Assembly (NCBI GenBank): GCA_964035545.1
Contig: OZ037768.1
Coordinates: 14,889,675 to 14,953,674 of the forward strand
DNA: 64,000 nucleotides
DNA from: Bugula neritina
Lineage: Eukaryota; Animalia; Bryozoa
Direction of reading: 5' to 3'
The notes under the pieces were generated by a model. The model was not told the origin of the DNA and ran no database searches. It saw only the letters and a list, made by a program, of their open reading frames with translations. This document shows positions 46,101 to 61,500 of the stretch, in pieces (the stretch's first letter is position 1; each line of letters starts with the position of its first letter). A program made the translations under genes and the position numbers.

Positions 46101-49100
46101 CTACTGAAATATGTTGAAAACTACTGAAATATACTGCAACATTATGCAACATAATGAAAGATACTGCAATATACTGAGATAAACTGCAAGATACTGCAAC
46201 ATACTGAAATACACTGTAACATACTGAAATACACTGTAACATATTGAAATACACTGCGACATACTGCAACATACTGAAAAACGCTGTAACATATTGAAAT
46301 ACACTGCAAGACACTGAAATATTCCGCAACATACCGAAATATATGGTAATCTAATGAGATATTCTGTAACACGTTGAAGTACACTGCAACATACTGAAAT
46401 ACACTGCAACACACTAAATTATACTGTAATTTACAGAAATGTACTGCAACATACTGGAATATACTGCAAGATACTGCAACATACTGAAATACACTGTAAC
46501 ATATTGAAATACACTGCAACACACTGAAATATACTAAAACATACCGAAATATATGGTAACCTACTGAAGTATGTTGCAAACTACTGAAATATATTGCAAC
46601 ATACTGAAATACGCCGTAACATACTGAAATACACTGCAACATACTGAAATACACTGTAACAAATTGAAATACACTGCAACACACTGAAATATACTGAAAC
46701 ATACCGAAATATAAGGTAACCTACTGAAATATGTTGCAAACCACTGAAACATACTGCATAATCCTGCAACAAAATGAAATAAACGGTAACACTGAAGCAA
46801 ACTGCAATATACTGAGATATACTGCAACATACTGCAACATAATGAAGTATACTGCAACAGACTGAAATATACTGCAACATACTGAAATACACTGTAACAT
46901 ATTGAAATACACTGCAACACACTCAAATATACTGAAACATACCGAAATATATGGTAACCTACTGAAATATGTTGCAAACCACTGAAACATACTGCATCAT
47001 CCTGCAACAAAATGAAGTATACGGTAACACTGAAGCATACTGCAACATACTGTAACATACTAAGACATACTGCAACATACCGAAAAATATGGTAACCTAC
47101 TGAAATATGTTACAAACTATTGAAATATACTGCAGCATACTGCAACATAATGAAATATACTGCAACATACTGAAAGATACTGCAACATACCGAAATACAC
47201 TATAGAATACCGAAATATACTGCAACATACTGAAACATACTGCAAGATACTGCAAAATACTGAAATACATTGTAGGATACCTAAATACACTGCAACATAC
47301 TGCAACATACTGCAACATATTGAACTACACTGTAACATATTGAAAAACACTGCAACACATTGAAATATACCGCAACATACCGAAGTATATGGTAGCCTAC
47401 TGAAATATACTGCGACATACTGAAATACACTGTAACGTACTAAAATACACTGCAACATACTGAAATACACTGTAGCATATTGAAATACACTGCAACACAC
47501 TGAAATATACTGAAACATACCGAAATATATGGTAACCCACTGAAATATGTTGCAAACCACTGAAATATACTGCAACATACTGCAACATAATGAAGTATAC
47601 TGCAACAGACTGAAATATACGGCAAGAAACTGCAACACACTGAAATACACTGTAACATACTGAAGTACACTGCAACATACTGAAAAATACTGCATGATAC
47701 TGCAACATACTGATACACATTGTAAGATACTGAAATACACTGCAACATACCGCAACATACTGCAACGTATTGAAATACACTGTAACATATTGAAAAACAC
47801 TGCAACACATTGAAATATACTGCAACATACTGAAACATACGACAACATACTGAAATATACTGCGACACATTGAAATATAGTGCAACATACTGAAATATGC
47901 TGTAGCATACTGAAATACACTGCAATACACTGAAGTATACTGTAATATACAGATTCGTACTGTAACATACTGAAACATACGGCAACATACTAAAATATAC
48001 TACGACACATTGAAAGATACTGCAACATACTGAAATACACCGTAACATACTAAACTCCACTGCGACATTTTGAAATACACTGTAACACATTAAAATACAC
48101 TGCAACACATTGAATTATACTGAAATACATTGTAGGATACTGAAATACACTGCAAGATACTGCAACATACCAAAAAATATGGTAACCTACTGAAATATGT
48201 TACAAACTACTGAAACATACTGCAACCTACTGCAACATAATGAAATATACTGCAACATACTGAAAGATACTGCAACATAATGCAACATACTGAAATACAC
48301 TATAGAATATTGAAATATACTGCAACATACTGAAATATACAGCAAGATACTGCGAAATACTGAAATACATAGTAAGATACCTAAATACACTGCAACATAC
48401 TGCAACATACTGCAACATATTGAAATACACTGTAACATATTGAAAAACACTGCAACACATTGAAATATACCGCAACACACCGAAATATATGGTAGCCTAC
48501 TGAAATATACTGCGACATACTGAAATACACTGTAACGTATTGAAATACACTGCAACATACTGAAATACACTGTAACATATTAAAATACACTGCAACACAC
48601 TGAAATATACTGAAACATACTGAAATACGCCGTAACATACTGAAATACACTGCAACATACTGAAATACACTGTAACAAATTGAAATACACTGCAACACAC
48701 TGAAATATACTGAAACATACCGAAATATAAGGTAACCTACTGAAATATATTGAAAACTACTGAAATATACTGCAACATAATGCAACATAATGAAAGATAC
48801 TGCAACATACTGAAATAAACTGCAAGATACTGCAACATACTGAAATACACTGCAACACACTGAAGTATACTGTAATATACAGAAATGTACTGTAAAATAC
48901 TGAAATATACTTCAACATACTGAAAAATACCTAAAAATATTGAAACATACTGATATACACTGAAACATACTGAAATACACTGCAACACATTGGAATATAC
49001 TGCAACATACCGAAATATATGGTAACCTACTGAAGTATGTTGCAAACTACTGAAATATACTGCAACATACTGAAATACGCCGTAACATACTGAAATACAC

Positions 49101-52100
49101 TGCAACATACTGAAATACACTGTAACAAATTGAAATACACTGCAACACACTGAAATATACTGAAACATACCGAAATATAAGGTAACCTACTGAAATATGT
49201 TGCAAACCACTGAAACATACTGCATAATCCTGCAACAAAATGAAATAAACGGTAACACTGAAGCAAACTGCAATATACTGAGATATACTGCAACATACTA
49301 AGACATACTGCAACATACCTAAATATATGGTAACCTACTGAAATATGTTGCAAACGACTGAAATATACTGCCACATACTGCAACATATTGAAGTATACTG
49401 CAACATACTGAAATATACTGCAAGATACTGCAACATACTGACATACACTGTAACATACTGAAATACACTGCAACATACTGAAATATACTGCAAGATACTG
49501 CAACATACTGAAACACATTGTAAGATACTGAAATACACTGCAACATACCGCAACATACTGCAACGTATTGAAATACACTGTAACATATTGAAAAACACTG
49601 CAACACATTGAAATATACTGCAACATACTAAAACATACGGCAACATACTGAAAAATACTGCGACACATTGAAATATAGTGCAACATACTGAAATATGCTG
49701 TAGCATACTGAAATACACTGCAATACACTGAAGTATACTGTAATATACAGATTCGTACTGTAACATACTGAAGCATACGGCAACATACTAAAATATACTG
49801 CGACACATTGAAATATACTGCAACATACTGAAATACACCGTAACATACTAAACTCCACTGCAACATTCTGAAATACACTGTAACACATTGAAGTACACTG
49901 CAACACAGGGAATTATACTGAAATACATTGTAAGATACGGAAACACACTGCAACATACTGCAACATAATGAAATATATGGTAACCTACTGAAATATGTTG
50001 AAAACTACTGAAATATACTGCAACATTATGCAACATAATGAAAGATACTGCAATATACTGAAATAAACTGCAAGATACTGCAACATACTGAAATACATTG
50101 TAACATACTGAAAAACACTGTAACATATTGAAATACACTGCGACATACTGCAACATACTGAAAAACGCTGTAACATATTGAAATACACTGCAACACATTG
50201 AAATATTCCGCAACATACCGAGATATATGGTAAGCTAATGAGATATACTGTAACACGTTGAAGTACACTGCAACATACTGAAATACACTGCAACACACTA
50301 AATTATACTGTAATTTACAGAAATGTACTGCAACATACTGAAATATACTGCAAGATACTGCAACATACTGAAATACACTGTAACATACTGAAATACACTG
50401 CAACATACTGAAATATACTGCATGATACTGCAACATACTGATACACATTGTAAGATACTGAAATGCACTGCAACATACTGAAATATACTGCATGATACTG
50501 CTACATACTCATACACATTGTAAGATACTGAAATACACTGCAACATACCGCAACATACTGCAACGTATTGAATTACACTGTAACATATTGAAAAACACTG
50601 CAACACATTGAAACATACTGCAACATACTGAAATATACTGCGACACATTGAAATATAGTGCAACATACTGAAATATGCTGTAGCATACTGAAATACACTG
50701 CAATACACTGAAGTATACTGTAATATACAGAAACGTACTGTAACATACTGAAACATACGGCAACATACTACAATATACTGTGACACATTGAAGTATACTG
50801 CAACATACTGAAATACACCGTAACATACTGAAATACACTGCAACATACTGAAATACACTGTAACATATTGAAATACACTGCAACACACTGAAATATACTG
50901 AAACATACCGAAATATATGGTAACCTACTGAAATATGTTGCAAACCACTAAAACATACTGCATCATCCTGCAACAAAATGAAATTTACGGTAACACTGAA
51001 GCATACTGCAACATACTGTAACATACTAAGACATACTGCAACATACCGAAAAATATGGTAACCTACTGAAATATGTTACAAACTACTGAAACATACTGCA
51101 ACATACTGCAACATAATGAAATATACTGCAACAAACTGAAAGATACTGCAACATACTGAAATACACTATAGAATACCCAAATATACTGCAACATACTGAA
51201 ATATACTGCAAGATACTGCAAAATACTGAAGTACATTGTAAGATACCAAAATACACTGCAACATACTGCAACATACTGCAACATATTGAAATACACTGTA
51301 ACATATTGAAAAACAGTGCAACACATTGAAATATACCGCAACATACCGAAGTATATGGTAGCCTACTGAAATATACTGCGACATACTGAAATACACTGTA
51401 ACGTACTGAATTACACTGCAACATACTGAAATACACTGTAACATATTGAAATACACTGCAACACACTGAAATATACTGAAACATACCGAAATATATGGTA
51501 ACCTACTGAAATATACTGCGACATACAGAAACGTACTGTAACATACTGAAACATACGGCAACATACTACAATATACTGTGACACATTGAAGTATACTGCA
51601 ACATACTGAAATACACCGTAACATACTGAAATACACTGCAACATACTGAAATACACTGTAACATATTGAAATACACTGCAACACACTGAAATATACTGAA
51701 ACATACCGAAATATATGGTAACCTACTGAAATATGTTGCAAACCACTAAAACATACTGCATCATCCTGCAACAAAATGAAATTTACGGTAACACTGAAGC
51801 ATACTGCAACATACTGTAACATACTAAGACATACTGCAACATACCGAAAAATATGGTAACCTACTGAAATATGTTACAAACTACTGAAACATACTGCAAC
51901 ATACTGCAACATAATGAAATATACTGCAACAAACTGAAAGATACTGCAACATACTGAAATACACTATAGAATACCCAAATATACTGCAACATACTGAAAT
52001 ATACTGCAACATACTGCAACATACTGCAACATATTGAAATACACTGTAACATATTGAAAAACAGTGCAACACATTGAAATATACCGCAACATACCGAAGT

Positions 52101-52599
52101 ATATGGTAGCCTACTGAAATATACTGCGACATACTGAAATACACTGTAACGTACTGAAATACACTGCAACATACTGAAATACACTGTAACAGATTAAAAT
52201 ACACTGCAACACACTGAAATATACTGAAACATACTGAAATATATGGTAACCCACTGAAATCTGTTGCAGACCACTGAAATATACTGCAACATACTGCAAC
52301 ATAATGAATAGTACTGCAACATACTGAAAAATACTGCAAGATACTGCAACATACTGATACACATTGTAAGATACTGAAATACACTGCAACATACCGCAAC
52401 ATACTGCAACGTATTGAAATACACTGTAACATATTGAAAAACACTGCAACACATTGAAATATACTGCAACATACTGAAACATACGGCAACATACTGAAAT
52501 ATACTGCGACACATTGAAATATAGTGCAACATACTGAAATATGCTGTAGCATACTGAAATACACTGCAATACACTGAAATATACTGTAATATACAGATT

Positions 52600-55500
52600 C
52601 GTACTGTAACATACTGAAACATACGGCAACATACTAAAATATACTGCGACACATTGAAATATACTGCAACATACTGAAATACACCGTAACATACTAAACT
52701 CCACTGCAACATTCTGAAATACACTGTAACACATTGAAATACACTGCAACACAGGGAGTTATACTGAAATACATTGTAAGATACGGAAACACACTGCAAC
52801 ATACTGTAACATAATGAAATATAAGGTAACCTACTGAAATATGTTGAAAACTACTGAAATATACTGCAACATAATGCAACATAATGAAAGATACTGCAAC
52901 ATACTGAAATAAACTGCAAGATACTGCAACATACTGAAATACACTGCAACACACTGAAGTATACTGTAATATACAGAAATGTACTGTAAAATACTGAAAT
53001 ACACTTCAACATACTGAAAAATACCTAAAAATATTGAAACATACTGATATACACTGAAACATACTGAAATACACTGCAACACATTGGAATATACTGCAAC
53101 ATACCGAAATATATGGTAACCTACTGAAGTATGTTGCAAACTACTGAAATATACTGCAACATACTGAAATACGCCGTAACATACTGAAATACACTGCAAC
53201 ATACTGAAATACACTGTAACATATTGAAATACACTGCAACACACTGAAATATACTGAAACATACCGAAATATATGGTAACCTACTGAAATATGTTGCAAA
53301 CCACTGAAGCATACTGCATCATCCTGCAACAAAATGAAATATACGGTAACACTGAAGCATACTGCAATTTACTGAAATATACTGTAACATACTAAGACAT
53401 ACTGCAACATACCGAAAAATATGGTAACCTACTGAAATATGTTACAAACTACTGAAACATACTGCAACATACTGCAACATAATGAAATATACTGCAACAT
53501 AATGAAATATACTGCAACATACTGAAAGATACTGCAAGTTACTGCAAAATACTGAAATACATTGTAAGATACCTAAATACACTGCAACATACTGCAACAT
53601 ACTGCAACGTATTGAAATACACTGTAACATATTGAAAAACACTGCAACACATTGAAATATACTGCAACATACTAAAACATACGGCAACATACTGAAATAT
53701 ACTGCGACACATTGAAATATAGTGCAACATACTGAAATATGCTGTAGCATACTGAAATACACTGCAATACACTGAAGTATACTGTAATATACAGAAACGT
53801 ACTGTAACATACTGAAACATACGGCAACATACTAAAATATACTGCGACACATTGAAACATACTGCAACATACTGAAATACACCAAAACATACTAAACTCC
53901 CCTGCAACATTCTGAAATACACTGTAACACATTGAAATACACTGCAACACAGTGAATTGCACTGAAATACATTGTAAGATACGGAAACACACTGCAACAT
54001 ACTGCAACATAATGAAATATATGGTAACCTACTGAAATATGTTGAAAACTACTGAAATATACTGCAACATTATGCAACATAATGAAAGATACTGCAATAT
54101 ACTGAAATAAACTGCAAGATACTGCAACATACTGAAATACACTGTAACATACTGAAATACACTGTAACATATTGAAATACACTGCGACATACTGAAATAC
54201 ACTGCGACATACTGCAACATACTCAAAAACGCTGTAACATATTGAAATACACTGCAACACATTGAAATATTCCGCAACATACCGAGATATATGGTAAGCT
54301 AATGAGATATACTGTAACACGTTGAAGTACACTGCAACATACTGAAATACACTGCAACACACTAAATTATACTGTAATTTACAGAAATGTACTGCAACAT
54401 ACTGAAACATACGGCAACATACTAAAATATACTGCGACACATTGAAATATACTGCAACATACTGAAATACACCGTAACATACTAAACTCCACTGCAACAT
54501 TCTGAAATACACTGTAACACATTGAAATACACTGCAACACAGGGAGTTATACTGAAATACATTGTAAGATACGGAAACACACTGCAACATACTGTAACAT
54601 AATGAAATATAAGGTAACCTACTGAAATATGTTGAAAACTACTGAAATATACTGCAACATAATGCAACATAATGAAAGATACTGCAACATACTGAAATAA
54701 ACTGCAAGATACTGCAACATACTGAAATACACTGCAACACACTGAAGTATACTGTAATATACAGAAATGTACTGTAAAATACTGAAATATACTTCAACAT
54801 ACTGAAAAATACCTAAAAATATTGAAACATACTGATATACACTGAAACATACTGAAATACACTGCAACACATTGGAATATACTGCAACATACCGAAATAT
54901 ATGGTAACCTACTGAAGTATGTTGCAAACTACTGAAATATACTGCAACATACTGAAATACGCCGTAACATACTGAAATACACTGCAACATACTGAAATAC
55001 ACTGTAACATATTGAAATACACTGCAACACACTGAAATATACTGAAACATACCGAAATATATGGTAACCTACTGAAATATGTTGCAAACCACTGAAGCAT
55101 ACTGCATCATCCTGCAACAAAATGAAATTTACGGTAACACTGAAGCATACTGCAATATACTGAAATATACTGTAACATACTAAGACATACTGCAACATAC
55201 CGAAAAATATGGTAACCTACTGAAATATGTTACAAACTACTGAAACATACTGCAACATACTGCAACATAATGAAATATACTGCAACAAACTGAAAGATAC
55301 TGCAACATACTGAAATACACTATAGAATACCCAAATATACTGCAACATACTGAAATATACTGCAAGATACTGCAAAATACTGAAGTACATTGTAAGATAC
55401 CAAAATACACTGCAACATACTGCAACATACTGCAACATATTGAAATACACTGTAACATATTGAAAAACAGTGCAACACATTGAAATATACCGCAACATAC

Positions 55501-58500
55501 CGAAGTATATGGTAGCCTACTGAAATATACTGCGACATACTGAAATACACTGTAACGTACTGAATTACACTGCAACATACTGAAATACACTGTAACATAT
55601 TGAAATACACTGCAACACACTGAAATATACTGAAACATACCGAAATATATGGTAACCTACTGAAATATGTTGCAAACCACTGAAACATACTGCATCATCC
55701 TGCAACAAAATGAAATATACGGTAACACTGAAGCATACTGCAATTTACTGAAATATACTGTAACATACTAAGACATACTGCAACATACCGAAAAATATGG
55801 TAACCTACTGAAATATGTTACAAACTACTGAAACATACTGCAACATACTGCAACATAATGAAATATACTGCAACATAATGAAATATACTGCAACATACTG
55901 AAAGATACTGCAAGTTACTGCAAAATACTGAAATACATTGTAAGATACCTAAATACACTGCAACATACTGCAACATACTGCAACGTATTGAAATACACTG
56001 TAACATATTGAAAAACACTGCAACACATTGAAATATACTGCAACATACTAAAACATACGGCAACATACTGAAATATACTGCGACACATTGAAATATAGTG
56101 CAACATACTGAAATATGCTGTAGCATACTGAAATACACTGCAATACACTGAAGTATACTGTAATATACAGAAACGTACTGTAACATACTGAAACATACGG
56201 CAACATACTAAAATATACTGCGACACATTGAAACATACTGCAACATACTGAAATACACCAAAACATACTAAACTCCCCTGCAACATTCTGAAATACACTG
56301 TAACACATTGAAATACACTGCAACACAGTGAATTGCACTGAAATACATTGTAAGATACGGAAACACACTGCAACATACTGCAACATAATGAAATATATGG
56401 TAACCTACTGAAATATGTTGAAAACTACTGAAATATACTGCAACATTATGCAACATAATGAAAGATACTGCAATATACTGAAATAAACTGCAAGATACTG
56501 CAACATACTGAAATACACTGTAACATACTGAAATACACTGTAACATATTGAAATACACTGCGACATACTGAAATACACTGCGACATACTGCAACATACTC
56601 AAAATTGCTGTAACATATTGAAATACACTGCAACACATTGAAATATTCCGCAACATACCGAGATATATGGTAAGCTAATGAGATATACTGTAACACGTTG
56701 AAGTACACTGCAACATACTGAAATACACTGCAACACACTAAATTATACTGTAATTTACAGAAATGTACTGCAACATACTGAAACATACGGCAACATACTA
56801 AAATATACTGCGACACATTGAAATATACTGCAACATACTGAAATACACCGTAACATACTAAACTCCACTGCAACATTCTGAAATACACTGTAACACATTG
56901 AAATACACTGCAACACAGGGAGTTATACTGAAATACATTGTAAGATACGGAAACACACTGCAACATACTGTAACATAATGAAATATAAGGTAACCTACTG
57001 AAATATGTTGAAAACTACTGAAATATACTGCAACATAATGCAACATAATGAAAGATACTGCAACATACTGAAATAAACTGCAAGATACTGCAACATACTG
57101 AAATACACTGCAACACACTGAAGTATACTGTAATATACAGAAATGTACTGTAAAATACTGAAATATACTTCAACATACTGAAAAATACCTAAAAATATTG
57201 AAACATACTGATATACACTGAAACATACTGAAATACACTGCAACACATTGGAATATACTGCAACATACCGAAATATATGGTAACCTACTGAAGTATGTTG
57301 CAAACTACTGAAATATACTGCAACATACTGAAATACGCCGTAACATACTGAAATACACTGCAACATACTGAAATACACTGTAACATATTGAAATACACTG
57401 CAACACACTGAAATATACTGAAACATACCGAAATATATGGTAACCTACTGAAATATGTTGCAAACCACTGAAGCATACTGCATCATCCTGCAACAAAATG
57501 AAATATACGGTAACACTGAAGCATACTGCAATTCACTGAAATATACTGTAACATACTAAGACATACTGCAACATACCGAAAAATATGGTAACCTACTGAA
57601 ATATGTTACAAACTACTGAAACATACTGCAACATACTGCAACATAATGAAATATACTGCAACATAATGAAATATACTGCAACATACTGAAAGATACTGCA
57701 AGTTACTGCAAAATACTGAAATACATTGTAAGATACCTAAATACACTGCAACATACTGCAACATACTGCAACGTATTGAAATACACTGTAACATATTGAA
57801 AAACACTGCAACACATTGAAATATACTGCAACATACTAAAACATACGGCAACATACTGAAATATACTGCGACACATTGAAATATAGTGCAACATACTGAA
57901 ATATGCTGTAGCATACTGAAATACACTGCAATACACTGAAGTATACTGTAATATACAGAAACGTACTGTAACATACTGAAACATACGGCAACATACTAAA
58001 ATATACTGCGACACATTGAAACATACTGCAACATACTGAAATACACCAAAACATACTAAACTCCCCTGCAACATACTGAAATACACTGTAACACATTGAA
58101 ATACACTGCAACACAGTGAATTGCACTGAAATACATTGTAAGATACGGAAACACACTGCAACATACTGCAACATAATGAAAAATATGGTAACCTACTGAA
58201 ATATGTTGAAAACTACTGAAATATACTGCAACATTATGCAACATAATGAAAGATACTGCAATATACTGAAATAAACTGCAAGATACTGCAACATACTGAA
58301 ATACACTGTAACATACTGAAATACACTGTAACATATTGAAATACACTGCGACATACTGAAATACACTGCGACATACTGCAACATACTGAAAAACGCTGTA
58401 ACATATTGAAATACACTGCAACACATTGAAATATTCCGCAACATACCGAGATATATGGTAAGCTAATGAGATATACTGTAACACGTTGAAGTACACTGCA

Positions 58501-58570
58501 ACATACTGAAATACACTGCAACACACTAAATTATACTGTAATTTACAGAAATTAACTGCAACATACTGAA
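52600..58570 (+). repeat. 1788-bp unit, three tandem copies, the middle one with an extra 588 bp
   Basis: Offsets 1788 (52694/54482, 55818/57606), 2376 (53442/55818, 54482/56858) and 4164. Landmark 8-mers at 55134 and 55722 are 588 apart. Confidence 0.85.
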
Positions 58571-61500
58571 ATATACTGCAAGATACTGCAACATACTGAA
58601 ATACACTGTAACATACTGAAATACACTGCAACATACTGAAATATACTGCATGATACTGCAACATACTGATACACATTGTAAGATACTGAAATGCACTGCA
58701 ACATACTGAAATATACTGCATGATACTGCAACATACTCATACACATTGTAAGATACTGAAATACACTGCAACATACCGCAACATACTGCAACGTATTGAA
58801 TAACACTGTAACATATTGAAAAACACTGCAACACATTGAAACATACTGCAACATACTGAAACATACGGCAACATACTGAAATATACTGCGACACATTGAA
58901 ATATAGTGCAACATACTGAAATATGCTGTAGCATACTGAAATACACTGCAATACACTGAAGTATACTGTAATATACAGAAACGTACTGTAACATACTGAA
59001 ACATACGGCAACATACTACAATATACTGTGACACATTGAAGTATACTGCAACATACTGAAATACACCGTAACATACTGAAATACACTGCAACATACTGAA
59101 ATACACTGTAACATATTGAAATACACTGCAACACACTGAAATATACTGAAACATACCGAAATATATGGTAACCTACTGAAATATGTTGCAAACCACTAAA
59201 ACATACTGCATCATCCTGCAACAAAATGAAATTTACGGTAACACTGAAGCATACTGCAATATACTGAAATATACTGTAACATACTAAGACATACTGCAAC
59301 ATACCGAAAAATATGGTAGCCTACTGAAATATGTTACAAACTACTGAAACATACTGCAACATACTGCAACATAATGAAATATACTGCAACAAACTGAAAG
59401 ATACTGCAACATACTGAAATACACTATAGAATACCCAAATATACTGCAACATACTGAAATATACTGCAAGATACTGCAAAATACTGAAATACATTGTAAG
59501 ATACCTAAATACACTGCAACATACTGCAACATACTGCAACATATTGAAATACACTGTAACATATTGAAAAACAGTGCAACACATTGAAATATACCGCAAC
59601 ATACCGAAGTATATGGTAGCCTACTGAAATATACTGCGACATACTGAAATACACTGTAACGTACTGAAATACACTGCAACATACTGAAATACACTGTAAC
59701 AGATTAAAATACACTGCAACACACTGAAATATACTGTAACATACTGAAATATATGGTAACCCACTGAAATCTGTTGCAGACCACTGAAATATACTGCAAC
59801 ATACTGCAACATAATGAATAATACTGCAACATACTGAAAAATACTGCAAGATACTGCAACATACTGATACACATTGTAAGATACTGAAATACACTGCAAC
59901 ATACCGCAACATACTGCAACGTATTGAAATACACTGTAACATATTGAAAAACACTGCAACACATTGAAATATACTGCAACATACTGAAACATACGGCAAC
60001 ATACTGAAATATACTGCGACACATTGAAATATAGTGCAACATACTGAAATTTGCTGTAGCATACTGAAATACACTGCAATACACTGAAATATACTGTAAT
60101 ATACAGATTCGTACTGTAACATACTGAAACATACGGCAACATACTAAAATATACTGCGACACATTGAAATATACTGCAACATACTGAAATACACCGTAAC
60201 ATACTAAACTCCACTGCAACATTCTGAAATACACTGTAACACATTGAAATACACTGCAACACAGGGAGTTATACTGAAATACATTGTAAGATACGGAAAC
60301 ACACTGCAACATACTGTAACATAATGAAATATAAGGTAACCTACTGAAATATGTTGAAAACTACTGAAATATACTGCAACATAATGCAACATAATGAAAG
60401 ATACTGCAACATACTGAAATAAACTGCAAGATACTGCAACATACTGAAATACACTGCAACACACTGAAGTATACTGTAATATACAGAAATGTACTGTAAA
60501 ATACTGAAATATACTTCAACATACTGAAAAATACCTAAAAATATTGAAACATACTGATATACACTGAAACATACTGAAATACACTGCAACACATTGGAAT
60601 ATAGTGCAACATACCGAAATATATGGTAACCTACTGAAGTATGTTGCAAACTACTGAAATATACTGCAACATACTGAAATACGCCGTAACATACTGAAAT
60701 ACACTGCAACATACTGAAATACACTGTAACATATTGAAATACACTGCAACACACTGAAATATACTGAAACATACCGAAATATATGGTAACCTACTGAAAT
60801 ATGTTGCAAACCACTGAAACATACTGCATCATCCTGCAACAAAATGAAATATACGGTAACACTGAAGCATACTGCAATTTACTGAAATATACTGTAACAT
60901 ACTAAGACATACTGCAACATACCGAAAAATATGGTAACCTACTGAAATATGTTACAAACTACTGAAACATACTGCAACATACTGCAACATAATGAAATAC
61001 ACTGCAACATAATGAAATATACTGCAACATACTGAAAGATACTGCAAGTTACTGCAAAATACTGAAATACATTGTAAGATACCTAAATACACTGCAACAT
61101 ACTGCAACATACCGCAACGTATTGAAATACACTGTAACATATTGAAAAACACTGCAACACATTGAAATATACTGCAACATACTAAAACATACGGCAACAT
61201 ACTGAAATATACTGCGACACATTGAAATATAGTGCAACATACTGAAATATGCTGTAGCATACTGAAATACACTGCAATACACTGAAGTATACTGTAATAT
61301 ACAGAAACGTACTGTAACATACTGAAACATACGGCAACATACTAAAATATACTGCGACACATTGAAACATACTGCAACATACTGAAATACACCAAAACAT
61401 ACTAAACTCCCCTGCAACATTCTGAAATACACTGTAACACATTGAAATACACTGCAACACAGTGAATTGCACTGAAATACATTGTAAGATACGGAAACAC

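Larger units (their letters stand above)
22780..50865 (+). repeat. About 11.7-kb higher-order periodicity, roughly 2.4 periods
   Basis: Offsets 12119 (22798/34917, 26535/38654) and 12069 (28951/41020, 33445/45514) span the LINE. Offset 11644 (34320/45964, 38654/50298) does not. 12069 minus 11644 is 425, the net size of the insertion. Confidence 0.88.
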
